A DNA stretch of 64,000 nt from Octopus sinensis. Lineage: Eukaryota. The notes under the pieces are model-generated. The model was not told the DNA's origin, searched no databases, and saw only the letters and a list, made by a program, of their open reading frames with translations. Positions 38,530-53,343 of the stretch are shown piece by piece (within the stretch, counting starts at the first letter, position 1; the number at the start of each line of letters is the position of its first letter). The stretch lies in NCBI RefSeq assembly GCF_006345805.1, contig NC_043012.1:44206001-44270000 (forward strand), in the 5' to 3' direction. A program made the position numbers and the translations under genes.

Positions 38530-39560
38530 GCCCTGTGACAAAATTTGAAACCAGTATTATGCATAAATGTTGTCCGTCTTTATGTTCTGAGTTTAAATTC
38601 CGCCGAGATCAACTTTACCTTTCAACCTTTCGGGGTCGGTAAAATATGTGCTAGTTGAAAACTGGAGTCGATGGAATCGATTTGTCCCTCCCCCGAAATC
38701 GCTGGCCTTGAGCCAAAATTTGAAACCAATATTATATATAAGTGTAAGGAAGTAAGATTGCAGAATCGTTAGCACGCCAGGCAAAATGCTTAGCCGCATT
38801 TCGTCTGCCTTTACGTTCTGAGTTCAAATTCCTCCGAGGTCGACTTTATCTTTCATCATTTCAACATTGAGGCTCATGTCGTCGACAACGCTCCACCACC
38901 ACCATCACCACGCCGAAATTGTTAGCCTTGCCAAAATTTGAAATCAATATTATGCATAGACGTCTAACAGAAAACAGCAGAAGAATTTGTCTCGTGAATG
39001 CAGCGTCTAAAGCAGAATGTGAATTCACGAATGAGGCACTGGAGTCGATATAATCGACTTAATCCGTTTGTCTATCCTTGTTTGTCCTCTCTGTGTTTAG
39101 CCCCTTGTGGGTAGTAAAGAAATAGGTATTTCGCCTGCCGCTACGTTCTGAGTTCAAATTCCGCCGAGGACTTTGTCTTTCATCCTTTTGGAGTAGATCA
39201 ATTAATTACCAGTTGAAGATTGGGGTCGATGTAATCGACACATCCCCTCTCCCAAAACGGCTGCCCTTGTGGCTAAATTTGAAACCATTAATTGCTTTCA
39301 TATCGCCATGAGGAATAAATATGGAAAATTGAGTGTACCGATGTCCTGCTTTATATTTAATATAATGGTTTCAAATTTTGGCACAAGGCCAGCAATTTCG
39401 GAGGAAAGGGTAAGTCGGTGACATCGACCCCAGTGTTAAATTGATTCTTATTTTATCGACCCCCAAAGTCGACCTCGGCGGAATTCGAACTCGGAGCGGA
39501 AAGACGGACGCAATATTGTTAAGCATTTTGCCGAACGATTCTGCTAGCTTGCCGCCTTAC
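38530..39560. mobile_element. cluster of SINE family B copies (plus strand 38530-39290, minus strand 39365-39560)
   Basis: Repeated GAGTTCAAATTCC/GTCGAT modules and AAAATTTGAAACC tails. Confidence 0.88.
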
Positions 39561-40918
39561 ATTTACCTCATATAAAGAGAAGAAGCTGATGCTGTGCCTT
39601 ACTTCTATTCGTTAATCTTACGGTTAACAAGTGAAAGTTTAAATTTTTGTATGTGAGCCATTTTCGCACCATTGTACTGGACTTACGTAGGACTTATTAC
39701 CTAATTATTTTCTTTTTGTCCCTCATTCACTGGTGAAGTAATACAAATTAGCTCGTATCAGAGAAAATTAATACATTGACACTAGGTTATGATACACAAC
39801 TGCCTTCAGTATTCGCTTTTCGTTTTATGTTTTTAGGTATTTGCAGATCTGATGGATTTGTAAGAGCTCCGTTTTAAACTTACATATTTTGTCCATTACA
39901 TAAACTGTTCCCTAAATAACACACACACACTCACAAGCATGCGTTTGTATATATATACTATACAACTCTTGTTCTCTTGTTTAAAATTATTTTATCTCTC
40001 TCTCGCTCACTCACTTTCCCTTTATCTCTCACTACACACATATATATAACATACATACATACACAAATACGTACACAAACGTATGCAATCAAATACATTT
40101 TCACATATTGATTCAGTCAACTATAATGCCACCACCACTACAAATCTGTGGTTTTTATGCCAAATTAATCAATATTATTGCTGTTAATCAAAGAGTTTAG
40201 GCTCGTCATTTTAAACTTCCTATTCTTCCATATATTAACAAATAAATATATAAATAAAAATAAAAAAAGATTATTTTTAATGAGTATATTTCCAGACTCT
40301 TTTTAAAAGTTTGCGCTGCTAGAAAGCAAACCTTATATATAAAAGTACAAATATATATGAAGTAAAAATAATTTCCTTCCGTTTTTTTTTTTATTATTCC
40401 ATGTACTCTCATTATTATTGCATTTGTGTAAACTCGTCTACTTCTCTCTTTAACGTTCCCTCTCTCTCGCTTTCTTTCTCCTACTAATTTTTCTTCTTTC
40501 CTTATTCTCTCTCATCTCTTCTCCCCCTTTCACACCCCCCTTACCACCACCACTTGGCTTTCTGTTTTCTCGGCCACTGCATCAACTCAGACTCCGTGAT
40601 GCAACATAACCAATTACAGACTGTTCTTTTTAAAGAATCTGATTGTTCCGCACCAAAAGCATTGGGAGAAAATTCCAGTCGGAAGTTCTAAAAAAGAAAA
40701 GTCTTATGAAAACCATTCCCATTTATAGATCAAAGAGAAGAGTTGCAGCCAAATAAGAGTGTTCGATAAAAAGCAACATACCCATACGTATATATGTATA
40801 GGCGTTTATGCGTGCATCTCTCTCTCTTTCTCTCTCTCTCTCTCCTTTTGTATATACATACACAAACACATATATGTAGGTATATACATATATAGATGTA
40901 TATGTATATATATATATA

Positions 40919-42375
40919 CTAGCACTATGACCCGGCGTTGCCGGGTTTAGTGCTGGTGCTTGTTGTTCGTTGCCGGGTCGCAGTAAAAAATTCTCACTAA
41001 ATCAAGAGCTAAGTTTCTTATCACATTTCAGCCTGGGCCAGTTTTGTTGTTTATTATCTAGTTGGAGCTTTTTATGACAGTAATTAATATTCATTGGACT
41101 TCGGTTTTCACACCTGGAACAGCATAATCATGGAAAATTAGCGGGACTGTGCACATGCCATTAGTCGGACAAAAAAGGAGGCAGAAGAAAGCGAAAAACT
41201 CGAATTTGGCCGCAAAATAGCAGGGTTTTGAAAATATTCATAAAACTCGTTTGTTGAGTTTTGGTTTCACACCCAACCCAGTTCTGTGCAATCATTGTGG
41301 CGACGGGAACGCATGGGTTGAGAGTTTGACTGGCAGAGGTGATCAAGTTGCACATGCCAGCCCTTTTGACCCCTCCCCCTCACCTAATCCCCTCGTTCTA
41401 TGAGTGAATAGCAATGGTGGGAAGAAAAGTGCTGATTCCGGCGAAAAGACAGAACAATTAGAGCACAAAAAACAGCATTCAAAGTGGTTTTATGACGCAT
41501 TGAAGCAAGTAACACAGTAAGGTCAATAGTTATAAGTTCACGACGCATAGAAGCACGTAAGACGTCAAGGTTAACTAAGGTATAAATAATAGGTATGCCC
41601 TTTTGCCGGAAGGCCAATTTGGCTCCTGATCCACTGAAATGGAGGAGGTTAGGTTCGGAACACAACTAAGCCTTCAACTAAAACCTAGACTAACCTTACG
41701 GAAGAGGGCTCGGGAGTCTCTAATAGGCAGCTTCTAATCCCGATCTATCACTAACCCATCATAGGGGTTCTAAATGACATGGCTGTAGAGGAAATTGGCT
41801 GTGGAGACGTGCATGGTGGGTTTGTTTCGGAGGAGGACGACTGCATTAGATTAAGGACCATTGCAAAATGTAGCTTTGGAGATCCGCATTGGCGAAATTT
41901 ACCAAAACTTACCGACAGCCTTCACAAAAAGGGACCCAGCCCTTTAACCTAACCTAATAAACATATGACAAATGAGAATTGTTTTCGTTGAGGATAGCAT
42001 CGGTATAACAATGCATTTATAAATGCTCATCCAAAATCTCGTTGTAAACAATATTGCGGGTTTTACCCTCAGGGGCATATACAAACAGGGCATTCCTACT
42101 TCCAACGCGGGAGCAGGCAACATAAAGATGCCCATGCGAAAAGCAGGGCTCACCCAGATGTATTCCCGCGACTGAGAGTGTCTGTCTCTGCGATTTGTTA
42201 ATTGACATCGCTTAATGGTTTTCTGGGGTGACTGGGGAAATGAACAGATCTTCACCACCATTCTCAGATAGTTTTGAAAGGCCATAGAAAACGTGAGACT
42301 TTTACGTGAAAAACTGTGGATTTGTATAAAGGACACACAGACACACAGACATTTTGCCATTTATAGATATAGAGA
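40919..42375 (-). mobile_element. non-autonomous Helitron
   Basis: 5' A|TC start, 3' CCCGGCAACGCCGGG hairpin followed by CTAG|T end; retains the helicase C-terminus. Confidence 0.9.
42017..42215 (-). pseudogene. Helitron RepHel PIF1-helicase C-terminal fragment
   Basis: MSINKSQRQTLSVAGIHLGEPCFSHGHLYVACSRVG...GKTRNIVYNEIL, matching the TINKSQGQ/FSHGQLYVA motifs. Confidence 0.92.
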
Positions 42376-42875
42376 TAAATCTGAGAATGTGTCTGTCTGT
42401 ATGTGAGCATCACCAAAACTCAAGAACTACCCAGCAGATTTCATTCAAATTTTACATATGCCTTACTTAAGGTCCATGCAGTATAATGGACCAAAAAAAA
42501 AAAGTTCAACTTCTTGCCTAATGCGAGCCCGGAGCAATATCTTACCTCTTACACTATTTCAGTATTACACGAAACAATAACATTGCAAAGTGAGATAATA
42601 CTTCCAGTTTTTTATTGTGAAACTATCAATACTTTCACTAAGTATATATATATGTTAGCTTCATATCTATTAATTTCCCTAGGATAGATTTATGTATGTA
42701 TATGTATGTATATGTATGTATACATTTATATGTATATATATGTATACATATGTATATATATATGAATGTATATATGTGTATATATATGCATATGTATATA
42801 CGTGTATATATATATATGTGTGTATATATGTGCGTATATATATGTATATATATGTGCGTATATATATATGTATAT

Positions 42876-43153
42876 ATCATCATCATCATTGTTCGACCGT
42901 GGTCGAGACAATGGAATTTACCATGCTACGCCAGACTTCACGGTCCATCATGGCATTACGGAGGTCCTGTTGCTGGATGCCTGTATCCCTGGAGATTACA
43001 TCAGGGTAGGGGAGTGTGCGCACTCTGGTATTGCGAGTAGATGGCTTCCAGAGGAGAAGAGTAGAAATTACCTCTTTTTCAGCTCAACAACAATGTCCAG
43101 CAAACTGGACTCTCCTACCTTTCACAAGAGATGACACAGGTGGTAGTTTCCCA
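42876..43153 (-). mobile_element. RTE-clade LINE 3' end
   Basis: RRVQFAGHC...YPDVISRDTG...AMMDREVWR followed by a (TGA)n tail. Confidence 0.85.
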
Positions 43154-43256
43154 TATATATATATATATAATGTATGTATATATGTATATATGTATATAAA
43201 TATATATGTATATATATATATATATAAATACATATACATATATGCATATAAATATA

Positions 43257-43326
<70 letters not shown>

Positions 43327-43424
43327 TGTATATACATACATATATATATATATAATATATATATATGTATGTATATACATATATGTATATATGTATATAT
43401 GTGTGTATATATAATATATATATA

Positions 43425-43515
43425 GGCGCGGGTGTGGCTATGTGCTAAGAAGCTTGCTTCACAACCACATGGTTCTGGGTTCAGTCCCACTGTGTGGCAC
43501 CTTCGGAAAGTCTTC
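43425..43515 (+). mobile_element. SINE family A head only
   Basis: AGGCGCGGGTGTGGCT...GGTTCAGTCCCACTG. Confidence 0.8.
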
Positions 43516-43641
43516 AGTTATCCGGCCGTATAACTGAAGTGATGGCGGCGTGGATTTCTACCCTAGTATCCGAAACTCGGAGTTTTATCATGGCTACCGA
43601 TTAATTGTCACATTCCACCTGCAGATATACACACACACGCA

Positions 43642-43681
<40 letters not shown>

Positions 43682-44336
43682 ACATACATATATATATATG
43701 ACTTATTTCTCTTTCCTTCTCTCTTTCGTTTCCTCTCTCATCCTTTCTCTAATTCTTTTCTTCTCCCTTTCACCGTCACCTATTTGTCCCTCACTCTTCC
43801 TCCTTTACTCTCTCGTTGCTCACACGTGACCATCGCCCATCTTTCTTTTCCTAACTTGAGTTTCTTTCTTTCCATTCGATCAGCTACAGAGATAAGACGC
43901 ATTCTTGTCTGTCTCTTGTCGAAGCTTGTTCCACCAGCATTCCTCACTTCACCTCGTTATGACTTAGCAGCCCTAACTGTTTGTTTTCACTGTCCTATTT
44001 TTGTTACCAACTTTGACCCTCTGCAAATCCCAAATTTTATTTCATTTGCTTTGCGGGAGCAACTGTTTTGACGTAAGTACATCTTGTAATTAATCGAAAT
44101 GCGGAATAGGTAAAACAGCCGACAACTGATGAAGGGTCGTTCTTTATGCTAATTCACTTGTTTTCCATTTGTTTCTGTCGTTGTTCGCAAAAAAAGTTCA
44201 TATTCCATGCTTTCGTAATTCATATTTCATGTTGTTTGCGTTCTATGACGTTATGTACCCATGTATGCATTTGTATATACATATATATGTATGTATGTAC
44301 ACATATGTACTTATATATCGATATATATTATTTATA

Positions 44337-44395
<59 letters not shown>

Positions 44396-44439
44396 TATAT
44401 ATGTATCTACTTATCAGCTCTCTGGGTGTATATGTCAGG

Positions 44440-45208
44440 TATCGATCTTCTGGTCGCCTCTTTAATCTGCGCCTATTTGCTGCCGATTCAAAAGCTTTCC
44501 AGTCTCTTATTCGTGACCTCCTTAATGCAGATGACTGTAACTTAGTCACTCATACAGTGGATGACATTCAAATACTTATGAATAATATTTCTGTTTCTTA
44601 CTAGGCATCTAGACTAAGCAGCAGCCTGGACAAGACTGTTATAATGTTCCAGCCTGCACCAGGGAATCTATATGTGGAACAAGCTATCCTGGCTGAAGGA
44701 ACAATACTGAAAGTGGTAGACAAATTTGTCTACCTGGCTAGCATACTCAGCTGTTCTTGCTCACTAGATGATGAAATATCTTTCAGACTGTAGAGAGCAA
44801 CTGATTCCTTCCGGTCTCTTGAGTTTCGTGTCTGGTCCCAGCGTGGCATCACAAGGCGAACAAAAATTGCTGTGTACCGTGCATGTGCACTGACATCGCT
44901 CCTTTACTCATGTGAGACATGGGCCCTTTACAAACGTCATGAAACTCCAGACACACAGGTCCTGAGGAAAGCTGATATCTTGAGTATTGAGGCGATGGTT
45001 TACAAGCACCAGTGACGTTGGACTGGACACCTTACTAGAATGAAGGATAGCAGGATCCCAAAATAGATGCTATATGAAGAACTTGTTAGTGGAAAGAGAC
45101 CCCGGTGGAAACCAAGGCTGCGATTGATGGACTGTGTAAAGTCCTCATTAAAGGCCTGCGATATGCAGGAGACTGACTGGGAGAGCAATGCCTGCCATTG
45201 CCACAGAT
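44440..45208 (+). mobile_element. RTE/BovB-like LINE RT fragment
   Basis: YRSSGRLFNLR, LNADDC, VVDKFVYLASIL, TKIAVYRACALTSLLYSCETW, RWTGHLTRMKDSRIPK; several stops. Confidence 0.9.
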
Positions 45209-45209
45209 A

Positions 45210-46025
45210 GTTCTGAGTTCAAATTCCGAGGTCGACTTTGCCTTTCATCCCTTTGGGGTCGATAAAATGAACACCAGTGGAGCAATAGGATCAATGTAAT
45301 CGACTTTGCCTCACCCCCTAAATTGCTGGCCTTGTGCCAAAATTTTAAACCAATTTTAAACCGTCTACTCCGCCAAGATAGAAGATAGACGTGATTGAAA
45401 GAGTTGCCACGTTTCCCTCAAACTACACCCTACTAATGAGTGAACCAACAAGCGAATATTTAACGTGTTAGCTGGCAATCCTCCCTCAAATCACATCCTT
45501 CTGTTTGATTAAGCTACAGACATGTGAATCTTCTAAGTTACTCTCAATTAAATTATAATTACTATAAATAATATGTAAATGGATTCAACAAATATACTGA
45601 GTCGTTTTTATTGAAAGTTCGTTGTTTTAGAAATATAAAAACACGTATTTCAGCTGTATGTGTGAGACACAGACAGACTGGCAAATAGACAGATAGATAG
45701 AATAGAGATAAAATTAACTCTTATAAATCAACTGAATTTACATTGCAGCCGGCAGAAGAATATAATTTTAAAAAACCCAATGAAGCAATATTAAATATAC
45801 ATGACAAAAAATTATTATTGGTTTCAAACTTTGTCAAAAGCCAGCAATTTCGATGAATAGAGTTTGTCGGTTACCTCGACCCCAAGATTCAACTGGTACT
45901 TATTTTATTGATCCCGGAAAGATGAAACGTGAATTCGACCCCGGCGGAATTTGAACTCAGAGTAAAGACGGACGAAACGCTGCAAAGCATTTTGTCCGTA
46001 GGGTTAACGATTCTGCCGAGCTCAC
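45210..46025. mobile_element. two SINE family B copies (plus strand 45210-45355, minus strand 45825-46025)
   Basis: GAGTTCAAATTCC and GTCGA motifs. Confidence 0.8.
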
Positions 46026-47167
46026 TGCTTTCAAAAACGATTATTATCAAAATAGGAAGCGCATATTCATTGTTATGTGACAATGTATATGATAGTGGAG
46101 TTAGGGTTAGAGTAAATGGTAGTGGGGAAGGCGTTTAAGCTGCAATTATTATAAATAATTACGCTATTTGCTCTTTTAAAGTTAAGAGAATTTAATGTTG
46201 ATCTTTGTGACCTTTATTTTAGAAAAGATGTACCGACGCATTCAGTGGGGGAAAGCGAAAGAGAGCAGATGTCTAATTAGATTATTGTCAAGTAAAGATG
46301 CTAATATTTCTGCGTTTTAGGTGAAATAAGAATTTGTTCAGTCATAGATTATTTTTAGCAAATTAATCAATAGCATAAGTGTGGTATTAAATATATGATG
46401 GCGGGTACATAGTATCTTTTTGGTATCATCATTGTGGATAATTAAATTGTAGATAATTAATAGAGCCTAAACTGAAGTTAACCTGAAGATTAAGAATAAG
46501 GATAAACATGGATTAGAAAAATGAATGTTAAGAGTTAATGAACATAATGATGATGACGGTGAGTATGATGATGATGATGGTGGTGGTGGTGGTGGTGGTA
46601 ATGAATACTATTATCTAGTTTGGATCAAACATATGAAAGCCGATCTAGCAGTAAATTTATGATTAAAAGTGTGTGTGTGCGTGTGTGTGCGTGTGTGTGC
46701 GTGTGTGTGCGTGTGTGTGTGTAAACAAACTTTAACGTATCATGAATGGAAGGCAGTCTTGTGCAAGGTTACATAATGCGTTAAATTTTAATTTCCTGAT
46801 TTCTGTTTCAGACATATCGAGAGCAGTAAAACGGTAGATTGGTGCCATAACTACAGCAACCCAGATCGCCAGCTTCTTGAACAACAAAGAACTGGAAACC
46901 TATGGCGGGACTGTGTCACTTGTTGTCAAGGAGAAGAAATGTCAACGGTCAGACGCCATCGGATGGCTGAAAGAAGTCCAGGAAATAAAGAGCAAAACTA
47001 GAAAGTCAATGAGGACCATCGCAGAACAACTTTAATGGCAAATCCAACAATCAAACAAGAAAAATTAAGTGTAACCCTTCACGATGAAGATACCAGTTAT
47101 GATCGGTAAGGCATCCGGAGAAACGTGAGATCATGTGACTCCTGACATTATGTACACTCAAAGAGCC

Positions 47168-47307
47168 CATGAGTTGAACCTCGATGGGTTTAATATACGG
47201 AGGGTGACCCGATCGGTCAAGAGTGCCGTCTTTGCATGACACCACCTGTCCTTGACATGCAAAGACGGCACTCTCCGTATATTAAACCCATCGGAGTTCA
47301 ACTCATG
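47168..47307. other. 140-nt branched hairpin
   Basis: 35-bp outer stem plus an 18-bp perfect inner stem with a 17-nt loop and a side mini-hairpin TGACC-CGATC-GGTCA. Confidence 0.9.
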
Positions 47308-47329
47308 CTTCGTATTTACAGTTTTTTCT

Positions 47330-47563
47330 CCTATACTCTTTTATTTGTTTCAGTCATTTGACTGTGGCCATGCTGGTGCACCGCCTTTAGACGATCAAAT
47401 CGACCCCAGGACTTATTCTTTGTAAGCCTAGTTCTTATTCTATCGGTCTCTTTTGACGTAAACACACCAGCAGCGGTTGTCAAGCGATGTTGGGGGACAA
47501 ACAGAGATACACAAACATACACACACACACTCACGCACACACACACACCACACACACATATAT

Positions 47564-47621
<58 letters not shown>

Positions 47622-47781
47622 ATATATATACGACAGTTTCCGTCTACCAAATCCACTCACAAGGCTTTGGTCGGCCCGAGGCTATAGTAGAAGACACTTG
47701 CCCAAGGTGCCACGGAGTGGGACTGAACCAGGAACCATGTAGTTGGTAAGCAAGCTACTTACCACACAGCCACTCCTGCGC
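47330..47781 (-). mobile_element. SINE family A
   Basis: Full reverse copy. Confidence 0.92.
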
Positions 47782-48030
47782 TTATATTCGATTAAAAATT
47801 AATGTTGGAGAGTCACGAGATAATTACAAATTTCATATGAATTGGCCTTTAAAATATAAAAAAATATTAGTTGGTTTTCTTTTTTTTTTTTTTGTATAAT
47901 TCACTTTTCACGTAAAGCTACAAAAGAATATATATGTGCATGCGTATAGTTCTTTATGTGTATACATATGTACATTCTTCTGCTAGAAAGACAAGAAGCT
48001 ATTACCTGTGTGTGTGTGTGTGGTGTGTGT

Positions 48031-48071
<41 letters not shown>

Positions 48072-51000
48072 TGTGTGTATGCATAGGCTGGAGCTAAGTT
48101 TAAAAATTAAAGTTACGAGTCAAATGTGTAAGAAGAATTTCAAGTAGTTTGACCAGATGTTAGAAATATGTGTTATTCTGCATAGTATGTGTTCCAATGA
48201 AGCCCCAAATATGTTTGGAATGCGTACAATACCTACTTATTTTTAATATATCTTCTGATGTATACTACTGTGGGAGATGGATAAATATGTACCGCTTATA
48301 TATATTCTTATAGATATTTCGAAAGGAAATATACCCAACGATCAAGTAATGGAACAACATCATATCATTTGAAATCTAAATTATAAGTTAAACCAAGGAT
48401 CATTTCACAGAGAGATCACAGTAAGCTTAACTGGATGTGTTATGCACACGGCAGAGTTACATAACATTCGTCGGTTGACTCCATGCAATGTTTTGTATAT
48501 ATCAACTTTTGCATCTATTTTTCTTGCAGTCTCTCAATTAATGTATGTTTTTTTCTAGTCCAAAATAAAATAATAGGTGACATAATTATGAAACTGTAAA
48601 TATTTCTAATATCCATACAGGTCTTATCGAAATAGCTGTAACCGAAAAACGTTGAGATTCATTGATTCATTACCCGCGCTTGTGGTGAGGTGTTGCTAGT
48701 TGTACAATGACATCGACACGAACAACTGCACAAAGTTTTGCTTTGTGCCTTAAAACTATCAATAATTTTATAGGTCAGACTAAATATCATAGGTTAACCT
48801 AGATACTTATAATAAATATCTAATTTTAATTTAAATAGCCCTTCAATAAAATATGTAAAACGCACTAAGAATTTTATAAACTTTAGAGAGAACGTGAAAT
48901 AATTCTTTTTTAGGATAACAGTTTTCGAAGTATATCAAATACAGCTATGAAGAATAGCATGTAAATGTTGGGTTGAAAATCGATTGACTACTTTTCAGAA
49001 TTTAGTTTTGTTCCACAGCGTGTTGAGTTCAAACTGTGCCACAGTTGATTTTAGTCGTTCATCTTTTTATGGGATGGGGTCGATAAAATGAATTCCAGCC
49101 ACGGTAGCGATTCAACGGAATATACACAACCCTCCACTTGTAAATGTGTCACCTTTTGCCAGCATATTGGGATAAGTGTCATCGTGACAGTGCAGTTACT
49201 ACTATAGCTACTATATTTCAATTTTATCTTTCTACAGTTTGATGGTCTGAACCATGTGTTTAAAAAGCGTGAGTGTGCGTACGTTCGAGTATTTGTCGGT
49301 CTAGCTCATTGCACGTGTACTGCTGTATATTAAATCATATTTCTGCTTGACAAAATGCTCATACGTATACTCACCATCTAACTAACACGCGTAATACACT
49401 TCTATCAGACATATTCAGGTGCAAATATACATGTGTGCGTGCATTTGTGTGCATCTATGCATTTGTGTGTGTGTAAGTGTGTGTGTGTGTGTATGTTCAC
49501 ATTTATTTATAGACAGGAAGAACGAATTATTCTATATTGATTACAAATTTCCGCTGAAACGCTACGTGCCGGTTATTAACAATTATTAATGCATGCAGAT
49601 CTGTTAGCGCACGAGCAAACATATATACCAAAACACACGCGCGCACACACACACACACTCACACACACACACACACGCACACACACACACACATACTCAC
49701 AAACACAAAAGCTCACTCATTCTCTTACACATATATTTACATAACATACGTACATACATACCTGTGTGCATGTATCTCTTCCTCTCTCCATCCGTCCTTC
49801 CTCCTTTCCTCTCTCCCTCTCCATATAGGCATGGTCATGTGGTTAGGTAACCACATGACCTCGGGTTCAGTCCCGCTGAGTGGGACATCGGGCCGACCAA
49901 AACCCTGTAAGGCATTAATTTATTTATCTCTGATTTGTCATATTTAAAGTTTTATTTCTAGCATTCGATTCCCAACGAGCAATACACCTTCATTAACATC
50001 ACAAATCTTTAAGTTTTAATTGATATTATGAGCATCTATTTCTAGCACCGTTATAACCAGGTGAGCCCTCAATCTCCCCTCACTTCTAGTAGTATCATGC
50101 TCACTATTGCTTCATTTTTCATTATCTTTTACCCCTTTATTACCATCCTAATCCTCATCCCGCCAACTCTTACTACTTTAAAACTCTACCCAGAGCTAGT
50201 GAATTTCTTTATTAACCATGAGGCTGAGAAAAAAGAAGGGGCGATACGAGGATAGACAAAACAAACATTGGGGTCAGGGTATCGAATGAGACGAAACGTA
50301 TGAATAAACAAACAATTAAAATATATACAATTACATGAGAATGAGTGATTTACAAAAAATGAAGCGGAGGACGCGGTCGACTCCACAAAACACATACTCA
50401 CACTGAAGACTTTGTTTTGTCCCAGAGCTAGTGGTCGGCTAACTGATGACAACATCTGCTATTCTTCATCTCTTTACCTATCTGTATATGTATATGCACC
50501 CTCTAACCTCTTTCAAGCATACTCTACAGAGCAGTAGATATCTACTCTACTATATCTACTTGTCTGTCTCTCCTCCGCACTATAGTTTAATATTCCTTCT
50601 GAACCCTCATTCTCTCTCTATCCAAAATTGGAACTGGTAACTTCCAGTATTCCTTGACTTGGATTGTCATCGAACATTCTCATTTGAAATTGCTAATGGA
50701 CCTTAACTACGTATACCTGTATTATTTATTCGAGCATGGAACTATGTAACGCATACCTATCTTATTCTGATCCTTCCCTCATTTTTGACAAACTGGAATA
50801 TACTAATAACCTCGATTGGGGATATTCCTTCATTTTTTAATCTCTCTGACTTCTCCCTCTCTGATGACGATATACTCAGCTTATGGCATCCTTACTCAGT
50901 CTCATGAACCACACGCTTGGCTATTCTAGAACAGCTGTAAGAGACTATGTTTTTATTTTTTTTTTAATTTTATTTAGTTTACTATCTCAACTAAATCTTT

Positions 51001-51329
51001 TTCGGGTAACGCCAAAAGTTTTGCTTTTTCATTTTTACTTTAATCTGTATCTACCCACTCAAGGAGAAACCACTTCTAGCCGCCTCTGACAGGCAGTTTC
51101 AACACCACACTTTCAGTTGCAGCACAAGCCGGAGTTTTAGTGGTAAACCAAACAGAGCACTCATAGTACATACCTTTTACATTACACCAGTTAACGAAAA
51201 CTCCTTATATATTCTTCTGACAAAATTTTATGTTTATTACTTAATTATGATACCAAAACAAATAGATTTATAAATCTTAGGTCAAAAGTTTATTGAAAAA
51301 TTCAATATGTGCTCCGTCTGTATCCCTGC

Positions 51330-51665
51330 AAAATTCATCAGCGTTGCGAAACACATTTTGAAGCATTTCAGGAGTTATATCCTGCACTGCTAACTGAATG
51401 CATTCTTCACGTTCGGCTAAATTATTGCTCAATGCTGGTAATAGGAGAAAATGATTGCAGCCATATTGAAAAAAAAAAAGCTATCGTGGGCAGATAAGCG
51501 GGATCCAGCAGGAATGAAAATAAAATTATAAAAAAATACAAACATAAAATTATAAAAAATGAAAAATTTATACACTTTTAACATATTAAACATGACAAAC
51601 ATAAATAAAATTGAGTTTTTAAAGAAATTGTTCGATTTCACTGAAATAGTTAATTGTGGGACATC

Positions 51666-51668
<3 letters not shown>
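51330..51668 (+). mobile_element. 3' end of a Tc1/mariner element with right TIR
   Basis: EAFQELYPALLTECILHVRLNYC...SHIE resembles a mariner C-terminus; ends GTGGGACATCCTG|TA. Confidence 0.6.
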
Positions 51669-51708
<40 letters not shown>

Positions 51709-51743
51709 CGTGTGTGTGTATGTATGTATGTAATGCATGTATG

Positions 51744-51774
<31 letters not shown>

Positions 51775-51816
51775 GTCTATGTATGTATGCATGTATGCAT
51801 GCATGTATGTGCATGC

Positions 51817-51858
<42 letters not shown>

Positions 51859-51867
51859 TATATATAG

Positions 51868-52347
<480 letters not shown>

Positions 52348-53012
52348 ATCGGTCAATTTTTCATAAGTTCGGAAAAAGCATACTGTAAAATATTTTGTAA
52401 CAGTAGTATTTAATGTAGTCGTTGACTATGGCCGGAGGTCGGAAAGTTACCATTGTTTTCACGTCCATTGTTGTTCTTAGCAATATAGGCAACTCATCAG
52501 ATCTGCTGGCCAGAGACATATAACTTCTTCACTAATGGAGGTAAGAATACAGTCTTGTGCAGTTAGGCAGTGAAAATACCCTGAAACGAAATTCTTCGAA
52601 GCAAAAACATGCAACAACAACAACAAAAAACAGCACTAGCAATGTACCCGGCAATAACAGCAGCAAAGGGAGCGGTAGCGGTAGCAACCACATGAACAAC
52701 AGCACCGATAACACGGAAATATGTTGGAGCAACGGAGGACCCCTTTAAGCTACGACTAAATAATTACAGGTCCTCTTTAAGATCCCTGAAAGGTGCAACG
52801 TTAAGTGTCTTGGTCATGAATACACCGTAAAGGTGTCCGTTCTACCATCTATAAGACACAAAAAGAAATACCTGTAACCCTTAATGAATCGTTTGCACAC
52901 CATCAAAGCCAAACCGATGAACTCTGTAGAAAATCACAGGTACTAGCGATGTGAATGGCTCAGTCAAGGATAAAATCTTTGTCGGAAGCTCAAATTGTTG
53001 GTTGCTTTATAC

Positions 53013-53343
53013 CAGTGGTTCTCAGCAAGGGTCAATGTAACCCTTGGGAGTTCAAACAAGATTTTATGGGGTCCAGGAAAGCAAATTAGTAAACTGAGGA
53101 TCCACAGTAGCATGTTATGGGTTCACGGGAAAAAAACATTACTTTAGTTGTATTTATTACAAGAAACAGCAAAGTTTCTTTCTCTAACAGTTTCCATTGT
53201 TCTCTTAGAGAATGAATGAAAAAAAAATAAAATAGGAATTTTGAAAGAAGCATCTATAAAACTTCTTTTTAAACATTGAATAGTTATGGGGTCCACCAAA
53301 GTAAAATAGTAATCTAAGGGATCCATAGATAAAAGAACCATTG
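53013..53343. mobile_element. hAT (Buster/Charlie-type) MITE
   Basis: CAGTGGTTCT...AGAACCATTG ends with a perfect 8-bp TSD CTTTATAC (53005-53012 and 53344-53351) containing a central TA. Confidence 0.92.

Noticed and set aside
46811-47040. Plus-strand exon candidate after a good acceptor
   Set aside because: No convincing donor or recognisable peptide.
48675-48750. 75-bp minus-strand exon candidate (LCSCSCRCHC or LCAVVRVDV)
   Set aside because: Good donor but weak acceptor and no supporting context.
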